From IMG/VR virus record IMGVR_UViG_3300031998_000010: 64,000 nucleotides of DNA; one strand, written 5' to 3'. The notes beneath the pieces are model-generated. The model searched no databases. It was not told where the DNA came from and saw nothing but the letters and a program-made list of their open reading frames with translations. Both the position numbers and the translations under genes were made by a program. Source of the DNA: a virus. Taxonomy: Duplodnaviria > Caudoviricetes. How positions within the stretch are numbered: the first letter of the stretch is position 1; each line of letters opens with the position of its first letter. Positions 19,937-29,872 of the stretch are shown here, piece after piece.

Positions 19937-20111
19937 TGTCGTCACCTTCCTTAATCAGCTCGTGAAAGAGTTCGTCTGCATAATCTCCTACAATCATAGT
20001 TATGATTTCTTTGTTCCCATTCGGCAAAGTTTTATATGGGTCAGCTACAATGAGCTGGCTCAAACTATCTTCGTCTCCTTTGACGTATTTCAATATGTAA
20101 AGCTTTTCCAT
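19914..20111 (-). CDS. Hypothetical protein
   Basis: 65 aa, packed in operon. Confidence 0.55.
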   Translation of the reverse strand: MEKLYILKYVKGDEDSLSQLIVADPYKTLPNGNKEIITMIVGDYADELFHELIKEGDDNECDDNR

Positions 20112-20112
20112 G

Positions 20113-20403
20113 TTAGTTTAATATGATTTTAGACTTTTTCATCAATGCCTGATGTACTAATCCTTCAAGTCTTCTTAACGATTCTGCGTCGTAATCTTGA
20201 AGTGCTACAGAAACTTTATCATCTGTCTCAGGTAAGCAGAGACATCTACAACCGTTGTCCTGACAGAAAGAAATAACTTCTTGTAAGATTTCAGAAGTCA
20301 TATCTGGGTCTTTTGTTGAATCATATGTAACAAATATGAATTCATCTTCTTTACAAGTAATAATTTTCTTTAAAGAATCTTGATTTATTTCTTGAATCTC
20401 CAT
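20113..20403 (-). CDS. Hypothetical protein
   Basis: Probable start MEIQE at 20403. Confidence 0.55.
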   Translation of the reverse strand: MEIQEINQDSLKKIITCKEDEFIFVTYDSTKDPDMTSEILQEVISFCQDNGCRCLCLPETDDKVSVALQDYDAESLRRLEGLVHQALMKKSKIILN

Positions 20404-20404
20404 T

Positions 20405-20725
20405 TCATACCTCTCTGTATAATCTAACTTTATCTTTTGTGGCATTAACTTCTAAGAAAACTTTGCAGTCTTCTACACTTTGCCTAGAAATTGTTGAAAA
20501 GTCTTCTAATACCATAGGTTTAATTAATTTTCCAAACATATTAAAAGGATATCTTTGATTCTTCCATCTAAAGTATGTTAATGTCAATTTTTTACCTGTT
20601 CCCGCATTGTCTGCATATTTAGCAAAACGATTATTATCTGCAATGATTGTATAATCAAGATTATTCCATCTGCTGATTCTTTCAAATCTTCGTCCACCGT
20701 TTCGTTCTTTGACTAATGAACTCAT
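20405..20725 (-). CDS. Hypothetical protein
   Basis: 106 aa, AGGAGG RBS. Confidence 0.6.
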   Translation of the reverse strand: MSSLVKERNGGRRFERISRWNNLDYTIIADNNRFAKYADNAGTGKKLTLTYFRWKNQRYPFNMFGKLIKPMVLEDFSTISRQSVEDCKVFLEVNATKDKVRLYREV

Positions 20726-20789
20726 TGTATCCTCCTAATTATAAATTATATTTTATTTATACTAAATTGATATTGAAATAATTTCAATA

Positions 20790-22394
20790 TTAGTCATACC
20801 AACCGGCTACTTTATAGACGAATAATCGATTTTTAGCTCGTGTGCATGCCACATAATACAAATTACTCATTTCTTCATCTTTGTCTATCTGAAAACAATA
20901 AGAATTTACGTTCATGACAAATACATTATCGTATTCAAGACCCTTAACAGAATGAATAGTTCCTACATATAACTCATTTGACTTTATTTCTTCTGCGTGG
21001 TCTTTGACATATTTTAGAAATTCAATTCCAAATAAATCAGAATCAGGAACTCCCATTCCTTTTAATTTGAGTAATTCTTCTACTGCTTTGATTTTCTGCG
21101 CTACTGCTCCAGGAGTTGTAGCAATCTCTCTAAGTTTATTGACCTTTGTTGCGTCTTTTGATATTTTTGAATTATTTCCGTATAAAGATAAGAACCAATT
21201 AATATCAGGGGCTGTCTTATTAGCCGACAATCTTATGTATTCACCATACTTGTCAGATGTCAGATATGAAGCTAACCAACCAATCATATATTCATCTGAG
21301 ACAGAACATTCAAGTAAATGCATAAGTTTTGTATCTCTACTAGATGTATAAGCTATTCCTTTTTCTTTTAGATAAGCGGTAACTTCGGCTAATTCTTTAT
21401 TTGTTCTAACAAGAATAGCTGAGGTCCCAGATAACATATCAAGTTCATTTAGTACATCATCAATACTAGATAATTTGATTGATTCCTGTCTATTTGGAGC
21501 TTCTATGAGTTTAGTGATAACTTTATCTCCATCTCTAGTTGCTTTCATCTCAACACGATAAGAATCTTTAGCATAACTTTTGCTGAATCTATTTGCAAAA
21601 TCAACTATTTCAGAAGTAGAACGATAGTTGGTGTAAAGTTTGATAACTTCCCATCCAGGTGTTTCTGAAAGTGCTTTTATAAATTCATTACTTGTGCCTC
21701 TCCAAGAATAGAGATTCTGTAAACAATCACCACAAAAATAAAAATATGTATTAGGGAAAGAATTTAAGAATTTAATCTGATATGCGTCTGTATCCTGAAA
21801 TTCATCTACAAATATATATTTGTATTTCATCTTATATGGATGTGTTGATGTATGGTCTGCAGCAAACAAATCAGCTACTTCGCTATTTAGTTTATCAAAT
21901 GTAATCAGATTTTCTTGCTTCATCAATCTAAGAACAGCTTTATCATATAACTCAGCTTGGAATTGTTCCTTCTTTGATAATCCTACACGATGTGTTAATT
22001 GGTCAGAAGAAAGTGATATCTTACACTGTGTTTTAGCTCTTTCTTTAATATCTTTTTCTTCGGCTTCTGATGCAATATTAGGCACTGTTGTATATCCTAA
22101 AGCTGACCTAATAGCAAAATCTTTACATACAATTGAATAACAGAAAGAATGGAAAGTCCTAAATTCGGGAGTTAACTGTCCAATATGTTTAGTTTCGTAT
22201 CTTTCTCTCATCTCTGTAGCAGCAGCATTTGTAAATGTTAACGCAAGAATAGACGAAGGCATAACACCATCGTCTACTATCTTTGAAATTCTCTCAATAA
22301 ATGTTGCAGTCTTTCCGCTACCTGCCCCTGCAAGACAAAGAATTCTATCTGATTTGGAATCTACTGCAAGCTGTTGTTCTGTGTTTAAATTCAT
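20790..22394 (-). CDS. UvrD/PcrA-family SF1 helicase
   Basis: AGAGSGKT, LTFTNAAA, TFHSF, VDEFQD, NYRS, TIHSVKGLEYD, YVACTRAK. Confidence 0.93.
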   Translation of the reverse strand: MNLNTEQQLAVDSKSDRILCLAGAGSGKTATFIERISKIVDDGVMPSSILALTFTNAAATEMRERYETKHIGQLTPEFRTFHSFCYSIVCKDFAIRSALGYTTVPNIASEAEEKDIKERAKTQCKISLSSDQLTHRVGLSKKEQFQAELYDKAVLRLMKQENLITFDKLNSEVADLFAADHTSTHPYKMKYKYIFVDEFQDTDAYQIKFLNSFPNTYFYFCGDCLQNLYSWRGTSNEFIKALSETPGWEVIKLYTNYRSTSEIVDFANRFSKSYAKDSYRVEMKATRDGDKVITKLIEAPNRQESIKLSSIDDVLNELDMLSGTSAILVRTNKELAEVTAYLKEKGIAYTSSRDTKLMHLLECSVSDEYMIGWLASYLTSDKYGEYIRLSANKTAPDINWFLSLYGNNSKISKDATKVNKLREIATTPGAVAQKIKAVEELLKLKGMGVPDSDLFGIEFLKYVKDHAEEIKSNELYVGTIHSVKGLEYDNVFVMNVNSYCFQIDKDEEMSNLYYVACTRAKNRLFVYKVAGWYD

Positions 22395-22525
22395 CTCTTC
22401 TCCTGATTATATAACAGATATTAAAATGCTCATTGAGGAGATATTTCTTTTAGTGCGGTTGGTTAATAATAAATGCGGTGATAAGCATATGATACGGAGA
22501 ACCTCAATGAGCACATCAATATCTG

Positions 22526-22879
22526 TTATACGATGTCCTTTAAAATAAGGTACTTATCGAACATATACTGAGTGTATGCAAACAGCTTCCGATAAGAACT
22601 ATTATTCATCTTATATACTCTATGTGTATTCCTAGTGAATCGTGTCATAACTATCTTATGTTTATATGCCCAAGCACTTATGCAAACCAAAATAGGATAA
22701 GTATACCTCCTAATTAATGTAATATGACTTATAGTCAATGCAATAACTAAGCATATAAACCATACTGCAAAGAAAGGCCTTGCTATATCCCACCATTCTT
22801 TGACTTCTTTGATTCCAGATGCTATCAAAACTGATGCAAATGAAATTGTATAAAGTAAGTATAAGATAATCTTTTTCAT
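22526..22879 (-). CDS. Hypothetical membrane protein
   Basis: Two or more hydrophobic segments; coupled start at 22879. Confidence 0.6.
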   Translation of the reverse strand: MKKIILYLLYTISFASVLIASGIKEVKEWWDIARPFFAVWFICLVIALTISHITLIRRYTYPILVCISAWAYKHKIVMTRFTRNTHRVYKMNNSSYRKLFAYTQYMFDKYLILKDIV

Positions 22880-23043
22880 TCTTTCACCTCTGTAACTGCC
22901 CAACATTTAATATGTTTCACAACTAAATTCTTTATCTGTTCATCATTCATACTAGACACTTGTTGCATTTCTTCATAACTCCCTGCACAAGTCTCTAAAA
23001 TAGTTCTTGCTTTTTCAATGTCGATGTCAACAAGTACTTTCAT
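22876..23043 (-). CDS. Small hypothetical protein
   Basis: GAAGGA RBS, motif A upstream. Confidence 0.55.
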   Translation of the reverse strand: MKVLVDIDIEKARTILETCAGSYEEMQQVSSMNDEQIKNLVVKHIKCWAVTEVKE

Positions 23044-23076
23044 ATTTATTTCCTTCACTGAATATAACGATTCTAG

Positions 23077-23793
23077 TTATCCTTCACTTGCTGCCATCTG
23101 GTCAGAAAATTGAATAAGCATAACAAGCGGAATAGAAGAACATTTGTTCAAGTCATTGATGTCATAAGAAGTAACATCGTATGTATACATATGCCACCTT
23201 ATTGCTGCCATTTCTTCAAATGAAAGATGTGTTTCCTTTGTATTACAAAGCTGAGTAATCATTACAAGTGACTGAGGCCCATGCCCAAGACCGATAGAAT
23301 TTTCTTTACATCTATAAGCAGACTGTTCTTCCCAAGCGTGTGTTAGAGGATTCTTAACATTTTTGAAATAGGTTTCATACCTGTCAATTTTACACCAATC
23401 GTGACATAAAGACATAAGTGTAGCCGAACCTTTGTTGACTTCATTGAAGTGCTTTATTTTAGTTAACTCCATTGCATGATTATACACTCTCAGTGAATGA
23501 ACTAGTAATCCACAAGGACAAGCTCCATGATATTTTGTAGAAGCAGGACAACAATAGAAATCTGTTGTTCTCAACCATTCAATGATTATTTTAATTACAG
23601 GGATTACTTTACTAAAATCTCCAGAATTTGATTCAAGCGAATGACTGAGCGAACGAATTGCTAAAGAACCTGCAATTAAACTCTCATAGAGTGTTGTCAA
23701 ATCTTCTTGAGATTTCCTGTTTAAATCATATTCTTGACCTACCATGTCAATGTAATCGGATAAATAAATTTCAAGTAATGATGTATCAATCAT
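23077..23793 (-). CDS. HD-domain phosphohydrolase
   Basis: PASTKYHG...GLLVHS, CHDWCK, GHG..S, AIRWHM, SDQ. Confidence 0.85.
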   Translation of the reverse strand: MIDTSLLEIYLSDYIDMVGQEYDLNRKSQEDLTTLYESLIAGSLAIRSLSHSLESNSGDFSKVIPVIKIIIEWLRTTDFYCCPASTKYHGACPCGLLVHSLRVYNHAMELTKIKHFNEVNKGSATLMSLCHDWCKIDRYETYFKNVKNPLTHAWEEQSAYRCKENSIGLGHGPQSLVMITQLCNTKETHLSFEEMAAIRWHMYTYDVTSYDINDLNKCSSIPLVMLIQFSDQMAASEG

Positions 23794-23885
23794 AAAAATC
23801 CTCCCAAATCGTTTGTTTGAAGGTGTGGTGTTATGTATGTTAACGATTCGGGAGGCACTATAAGTAGAAATGTATGGATTATATG

Positions 23886-24725
23886 TTATATAAACAAGTC
23901 ATCAGCTAAATCCTCTAATAATTCGTGATTTACAGGATAAGAAGGCTTAGATGAGCTATATTCTCCATATACATCAAACAAATCTTCTAACCATTGGGTA
24001 TATGGGTCTGTTAACATATCGAATTCATATGTTTTATATTTTGTGAGGTATATCCTGAGTTGCGGATGTTCTTCCACATCTTTGATTTCCGATTCAACTT
24101 CAATGTCGATATTCCACATATCTTTAACTTCTTTTGAAACTTGTGCATCGAGTAAATGAGTTAAATTATCCGGAACAGGTTTATTGTACCCTCTTAATTT
24201 TTGTATCGCCCATCTACATGCTTTTTCAAAATTATTATCTAAGAATCTTGCGGCTTCGTCTTGCAACTTCCATCTATCTTCTTTTTCTTGGTCGTAAGGA
24301 GTGACTACAAGGACTGGATATTCTTTCTTAGTCCACCCATATAAATCGCCTAAGACCATCATTCTGTGCAATCCTTCTTGTGAATGGTCGGCATAATTAA
24401 GAACAGGGAGCCAGAACTTCTTGCCGCTTTCTAGCATCTCTCTCAGCTCTTCAAGTTGCTTGGCATCAACTCTGCGTTGTCTCTTTAGCTCATTTTCAGA
24501 CACATAATGATTGAAACCGCTGTGACTACATTCCCAAAAATACATATCAGGAGTCATCATCACGATTTTACCGTCACGATTCTTTGCTTTTCGCTTATAA
24601 TCTAATTCCTTGGTATTAAGAAATTCGTTATAATATGACATACCTGTATCAGGAATAATAGGTGTGCCTTCAAATAAACTTGTATCAATGTCTACTTCAA
24701 CCGAAGATTTAATATATCGTTTCAT
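23886..24725 (-). CDS. ParB/Srx-like fold protein with MKRYIKSS leader
   Basis: IVMMTPD.Y, LPVLNY...QEGLHRM...YPVLVV fits a ParB-N-like (D/E)GxHR pattern. Confidence 0.55.
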   Translation of the reverse strand: MKRYIKSSVEVDIDTSLFEGTPIIPDTGMSYYNEFLNTKELDYKRKAKNRDGKIVMMTPDMYFWECSHSGFNHYVSENELKRQRRVDAKQLEELREMLESGKKFWLPVLNYADHSQEGLHRMMVLGDLYGWTKKEYPVLVVTPYDQEKEDRWKLQDEAARFLDNNFEKACRWAIQKLRGYNKPVPDNLTHLLDAQVSKEVKDMWNIDIEVESEIKDVEEHPQLRIYLTKYKTYEFDMLTDPYTQWLEDLFDVYGEYSSSKPSYPVNHELLEDLADDLFI

Positions 24726-24739
24726 AGTTATAGAAAAGG

Positions 24740-25513
24740 TTATTGCTTAAGTAAAACAAAAGAATGCAGTTTATTCTTAGGATTTATTGCGTTAAGGTAT
24801 CGATTTATCTCTTTTAATGTAGCTCCGCTGGTTGCTAAATCATCATAAACTAATACATCTACTCCTTGTAAAGCTTCATACGCGATTTTTTCATCTTCAT
24901 CAGCGAATTTAAGATAGTTGAGAAAGCCTGAACGAATTTCTCGAGGTAAAAACATTTTGATTTCAAATAGCTTATCTGTTTGTTTCAAAGCATCAAATCT
25001 ATAAACTACTTCAGAAATAATTCGCTCTATCTCTCGTTCAGGCATGTTCCTTCTGCGAAGTGCTGTTTTAGCTTTTTCTGCATCAAATGTTACATTCTTA
25101 TATGCTTCTTTGATAAGTTCAAAATCTGACATAGTTGCATCACTATATTCCATAATCCAACTTCCCATCAATTCTATTATATCATGCCCAGTTCGAGATT
25201 GTGGATGTACTGCATAACCTAAGTTATCCAGATTAAAGATATAATCAAGATGAAGTATTCCATATTCAACAAACTGTTGAACATCTTCAGAAATTAATGC
25301 ATTTGCTTTAATAAAATCTCGAAATACTTTCATATCAGCTTTACTCGCATTTTTCTTAAATTCATACCCGTATATAACAGGAATATCACTAATCAATACT
25401 TCTCCATAATTCGGGTTTGCTAATCGCAATATATCGACAGCTTCATTGTCAACATTCCAGTTAAACACAGGTTTAGAATGTTCTATTGTTACACCTGCAT
25501 ATATGTTTTCCAT
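24740..25513 (-). CDS. Phosphoribosyltransferase-like protein
   Basis: PRPP-loop VLVYDDLATSGATL; start MENIYAG after GAGGAG. Confidence 0.7.
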   Translation of the reverse strand: MENIYAGVTIEHSKPVFNWNVDNEAVDILRLANPNYGEVLISDIPVIYGYEFKKNASKADMKVFRDFIKANALISEDVQQFVEYGILHLDYIFNLDNLGYAVHPQSRTGHDIIELMGSWIMEYSDATMSDFELIKEAYKNVTFDAEKAKTALRRRNMPEREIERIISEVVYRFDALKQTDKLFEIKMFLPREIRSGFLNYLKFADEDEKIAYEALQGVDVLVYDDLATSGATLKEINRYLNAINPKNKLHSFVLLKQ

Positions 25514-25532
25514 ATTTTTCTCCTCAAATAAA

Positions 25533-25649
25533 AAGCACCGCCTCGGTATCATAGTGTCAACGCAGATTACTCGATTTAGCGGTGCTTATATCAAATGAAT
25601 GATATCACAAATATTAAATTATTGATACCGAAACGTATCTGCATTGACA
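25533..25649 (-). ncRNA. Candidate structured 5' leader (three mutually crossing helices) of the PRTase-like gene
   Basis: 13, 9 and 9 bp complementary segments in about 120 nt. Confidence 0.5.
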
Positions 25650-25696
25650 ACTTGATTATAATATGTAATAACCTTGATGTCAATATGAATAACGAT

Positions 25697-27295
25697 TCAA
25701 ACTTCGTATTTACATTTATTTGGAAATTTTTCTTCAAAAATATCAATCAATTCCTGTCTAGATTTCTTATAATCTTTTATCTTATCTGAATCGTTGAGAC
25801 ATACAATTTGAAATTCACTGTTGATTATTGCAGGCCTGACATACGATAAATCGTTTTTGATATCTACATACAAAAATCTATGCAAATATTGCACATACTC
25901 TCCAGTTAGATACTGATAGTAAGAATAAATATGTTGGTTCACATTTGTTTTCTTACGTAGCATTGAAACAGATTGCGATAGTTTTTCTCCACATAATCCG
26001 CCAACTTTCTCTAATGTAGATTTAAGCATCGGAATTATTGTGTGTTCTGGCCTCACTATTTCGCCTGCAGGATATTTATCGTGATGAAGTGCATTACACA
26101 TCATATCAATCCCTGTCCTGCTTTGATGTTCAAACATGCTTGTTGGATTCATGTGTATGTGTTCTTGAAAGTAGATATGCGGTTTATCTCCTGTAAAGAA
26201 ATCACTTGCTCCCATTGGATTAAGAGGAAACATATCATCATTGAAATATATGAACTTTTCTGATAAATCAGGAATTCTCCATAAGAATGATTCAATAGTA
26301 CAACTATTAAATGTAGGAAAATATTGTTTAGGAATAAAATCAGAATGATAAACAATCTTAACCTTACTCGTATCTAACCATACAGGAATCTGACTCTCAC
26401 GAGCAACAATTAAGATTATTCGCTTCACAAAGGGCATGTATTCATCAATTCCGCGAATCAGATACTTCAATGTACCCCAAGAACGAAATCTAACTCCTGA
26501 AGCAGAGTAACTTCCTGTTGCTTTATTGAAATCAAGTATCCAATGTTTATCTGCACTATTCACATAAGGAATTACTGCGTCCATTGTGGGCTGCACATCT
26601 TCTTCTGTATATTCTCGCTTATTATTCATTCCCTCAAGTTGTGCATTTGTGAGCTTTCGCATGTAGTTCCAATCATATTCTTTTTCCTTAGCCCAAGTAG
26701 AAGGACATGCTCCAGGGCCTGTATATTTCAACGAAAATTCTTCAATGCATCCTTCAGGAAAATCATATGCTTTATCAGGGAATTGAGAAAAGCATTTTGC
26801 TACAAAGATATCGTCTTCAAAACCTTCTCCCCTTTCTGGGTCAATATCTGGCATATCTATTTTACTGTAGATAGCTTTTGATATTGCTAAAAACATCAAT
26901 GGACAACTTCTATGCCTAATTACTCCAATACCGTCAGGATGCTCATCTATTGTGTTAACATATAACTGAGGGTCAGCTTTCAATATACGACCATCATCAT
27001 CTAACATGATTAAGTAATCATATTTAGAATCTAAAAATTTTCTTCTGAGTTCTTTTCTTGCTCCAAGTATCCCGAGTTTGTCATAGTTATATATTGTGAT
27101 AGTATTAGGTGTAGGAGGTACCTGATAATTTTGCCAATTTTGTGCAATAATCATTATATCAATATCAGGCCATAATTCTCCTAATCTAAGTAATAACTCG
27201 GAGCAACGCCTGGAACGTTCTCTCCGAGTTTCAATATGATATTGACTATCATTATCTGGAAAGTATGAAATAATTCCAAATACTTTACGAATCAT
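25697..27295 (-). CDS. GT2-like glycosyltransferase fused to a Stealth-family hexose-1-phosphate transferase
   Basis: N-terminal LIMLDDD and EDD; Stealth CR1-CR4 (DAVIPYVN..D..W, RFR...LKY.IR, PTFNSCTIE...FIYFNDDMF, CLND). Confidence 0.85.
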   Translation of the reverse strand: MIRKVFGIISYFPDNDSQYHIETRRERSRRCSELLLRLGELWPDIDIMIIAQNWQNYQVPPTPNTITIYNYDKLGILGARKELRRKFLDSKYDYLIMLDDDGRILKADPQLYVNTIDEHPDGIGVIRHRSCPLMFLAISKAIYSKIDMPDIDPERGEGFEDDIFVAKCFSQFPDKAYDFPEGCIEEFSLKYTGPGACPSTWAKEKEYDWNYMRKLTNAQLEGMNNKREYTEEDVQPTMDAVIPYVNSADKHWILDFNKATGSYSASGVRFRSWGTLKYLIRGIDEYMPFVKRIILIVARESQIPVWLDTSKVKIVYHSDFIPKQYFPTFNSCTIESFLWRIPDLSEKFIYFNDDMFPLNPMGASDFFTGDKPHIYFQEHIHMNPTSMFEHQSRTGIDMMCNALHHDKYPAGEIVRPEHTIIPMLKSTLEKVGGLCGEKLSQSVSMLRKKTNVNQHIYSYYQYLTGEYVQYLHRFLYVDIKNDLSYVRPAIINSEFQIVCLNDSDKIKDYKKSRQELIDIFEEKFPNKCKYEV

Positions 27296-27298
27296 TAC

Positions 27299-27634
27299 TT
27301 ACTCCGGGTAGTCTTTAATAATCCACTTTAACTGCTGTGTAGTTTCTTTATTACAAAGAGGGCAAACACCGTTGACACTATCTACTTCTTGTTCGGAAGC
27401 AATCATTGCAGAAATAAAAATTCCTTTGCAATTTTCACATTCTGCAATAAGATGATTGACAATATTGTTTTCAATGTCTATTGCTTCGTCATCTTCTTCA
27501 ATATCATCTACTGTATCTTGAATGTCTTCAATGTTGTCTTGAATATTATCAAGCTGGTCACCTAAAGCTTGGTCATCAGCTTCAAAATCATCAAATTCAT
27601 CGGCAGCAAAAATTGAACGCCTTGTAATTTTCAT
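27299..27634 (-). CDS. Acidic Zn-ribbon protein with leader MKITRRSIFAA
   Basis: CENC/CPLC; motif-B promoter at 27665. Confidence 0.65.
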   Translation of the reverse strand: MKITRRSIFAADEFDDFEADDQALGDQLDNIQDNIEDIQDTVDDIEEDDEAIDIENNIVNHLIAECENCKGIFISAMIASEQEVDSVNGVCPLCNKETTQQLKWIIKDYPE

Positions 27635-27661
27635 ACTTAGACCTCCTATAGATTCATACTT

Positions 27662-27910
27662 CTATAAAAGGTTGTTAAATGTGCATAGACCACATGCGCC
27701 TTGGTTAAAATATGAACAATTGGTTCTATCTGCAAAAGGACACTTATCCGTAGAAGTACTTGATTCTGATGCTTTTCTAATAGAATATATTTTCTGGTCA
27801 ACTAAATGAAATTTTTCATACAATTTAGAATCAGGTGTGAATTTAACAAGGACTTCATCAAGAGCCATTTCAATAAGAAATAATTCTTCGTGAGATAATT
27901 CAACTGTCAT
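27662..27910 (-). CDS. Hypothetical protein
   Basis: 82 aa, GGAGG RBS, Cys-rich tail. Confidence 0.55.
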   Translation of the reverse strand: MTVELSHEELFLIEMALDEVLVKFTPDSKLYEKFHLVDQKIYSIRKASESSTSTDKCPFADRTNCSYFNQGACGLCTFNNLL

Positions 27911-27922
27911 GTTATACCTCCG

Positions 27923-29836
27923 TCAAATATTGAACCTTGCTCTGAAATCTGCTTCTGTTATCTTTTCAATACCAAGCTGTGTAGCTTTTTTATTCTTTGA
28001 ACTTGAGCTATCAGGGTCATCAGTAATCAAGTATTTTGTATCCTTGGTAATATCTCCGACTATGAATCCCTTGTTATTAAGAAGCTGTTCAAATGATTTC
28101 CTCGGAATACTTAACGAACCCGTAATTGCTACCTTAATTTTTGAATTATTACTGTTTTCATTGTCAAATACTAAATTTTCCTTTATTAAATTCAATCTCT
28201 TAAATTTGTCAATATGTTGAATGATTGAACGAGAATTAGCATCACCTAATCTATAAGCCATATTATAAGGAATTTCGCCATTCATCAATTTGACTACATC
28301 TTCAGGATAATGAGATAATAAATCGGCAGTAGCGTCACCTAATCTAGGAATATTAAGAGCCTTGAGAGCAGATATAATAGAAACTTTATTCTTGTACAAA
28401 CCATTGAGCATCTGTGCAAATAATCTATACTGAGCACCAATTATCTGGTCACCTGAAGAGAATCTTGCGGCCATAATAAGATGGTCGTTCTTAGGGTCAT
28501 ATACAGATTCAATGGATATGTTGTCCTTCAAAAATTCTGTAAAGAACTTCAACTTCAAAATATCCCCAAGTCCATCAATAGGTGCTATATTATTACACCA
28601 TACAAGCAAATCTTGAATCTGAATATCTCTGCAATCAGGATTAGGACACTTGAGGTGAACACCTTCTACTGTGAGAGCAGTTCCACAGCAAGGGCAAGTA
28701 TCCGGAACTTCAGGTGCAACTGGCTTAAGTGTTTCTTCAATATAAGGAATGACTTCTCCGCTTCTAAGCATTCTAACTCTTGCCCCTACACCCCAACCAT
28801 TCATTGTGACCATCTTTGCATTACAGCCGGCACATTTCTTGACGGTAGCTCCTGACAACTGAATAGGCTCGACATGAAGAATTGGAATCAAATATTTCAT
28901 CTTACTAAGATTCCACTCAATTCCTGTTATTGTAGTTACTGCAGATTCTGCTTTGAACTTAAATGCAGAAGCATTATAGGAGATATTAGTACCTACTTCA
29001 GCTTGATTAAATGTGATATCATTAGAAGTGATAACAAGCCCATCTGCTGGATAATGTGTATACCAACTTCCTTTTAAGGATTTCATATCATTTTCAAACT
29101 GTTCGAGATTTGAGTACTCCCGAGATACCATACATACAACATTTCTGAAATTAGCAACTAACCAGCTATGCATTGATTCATAATCTGAGAAAGGATAAAG
29201 AGGAAAAGGATATGATTGATTTGATTCAATTCCAATAGCTGTATAAACAACTACTGTTAGATATCTGAGGTCGTCGCTTACTTCTTTCATGCCAATCAAC
29301 CCTGCAGTAGAATTTCTAGGATTCTTTGCATCTTCATGTGTCAGTGAGAACTCTTCAAACTTATCTAAAGACATCAATATCTCGCCTCTAACTGCACCTG
29401 TAAATTCTTTATCTTCAAGAGTGAAGTACTCGGGAACTATTCTATGTATCTTGTCAGTAATGTCAATTCCAATGTTACCATCACCTCTAGTTAGGGCTTG
29501 ATACATTACACCATTTCGATAATACATCGCACAGCTTAAGCCGTCTAACTTGAGCGTTACGCAAGTTTTCTTATCTCTCAGTCCTTTAGGAAATTCATCC
29601 CAACTATGACACTTAGGCAAGCTTCCAACTACACCATATTTATGAGGAAACTTGTCTCCTGAAGTGCTTGAAATATCATAACCATGACCAACTGACAATA
29701 GAGGAGAATTTGGATTCTCAGCCCGTTCCTCTTCAATCAATGCATCAAATTCAGCATCAGAAAGCGGAGATGTTCCGTTGGAATAGTACTTCTGTGATGC
29801 TTCTTTGATTAGTTTCTGTCTTGTTTCAGTATCCAT
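27923..29836 (-). CDS. ligA: NAD-dependent DNA ligase
   Basis: YY...P.SDAEFD, KLDG, ALTRGDG..G.DIT, VRGE, NPRN, RSGEVIP, Zn finger, BRCT. Confidence 0.93.
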   Translation of the reverse strand: MDTETRQKLIKEASQKYYSNGTSPLSDAEFDALIEEERAENPNSPLLSVGHGYDISSTSGDKFPHKYGVVGSLPKCHSWDEFPKGLRDKKTCVTLKLDGLSCAMYYRNGVMYQALTRGDGNIGIDITDKIHRIVPEYFTLEDKEFTGAVRGEILMSLDKFEEFSLTHEDAKNPRNSTAGLIGMKEVSDDLRYLTVVVYTAIGIESNQSYPFPLYPFSDYESMHSWLVANFRNVVCMVSREYSNLEQFENDMKSLKGSWYTHYPADGLVITSNDITFNQAEVGTNISYNASAFKFKAESAVTTITGIEWNLSKMKYLIPILHVEPIQLSGATVKKCAGCNAKMVTMNGWGVGARVRMLRSGEVIPYIEETLKPVAPEVPDTCPCCGTALTVEGVHLKCPNPDCRDIQIQDLLVWCNNIAPIDGLGDILKLKFFTEFLKDNISIESVYDPKNDHLIMAARFSSGDQIIGAQYRLFAQMLNGLYKNKVSIISALKALNIPRLGDATADLLSHYPEDVVKLMNGEIPYNMAYRLGDANSRSIIQHIDKFKRLNLIKENLVFDNENSNNSKIKVAITGSLSIPRKSFEQLLNNKGFIVGDITKDTKYLITDDPDSSSSKNKKATQLGIEKITEADFRARFNI

Positions 29837-29872
29837 ATTTATTACCTCCTACAATATATAACGATTATCATA

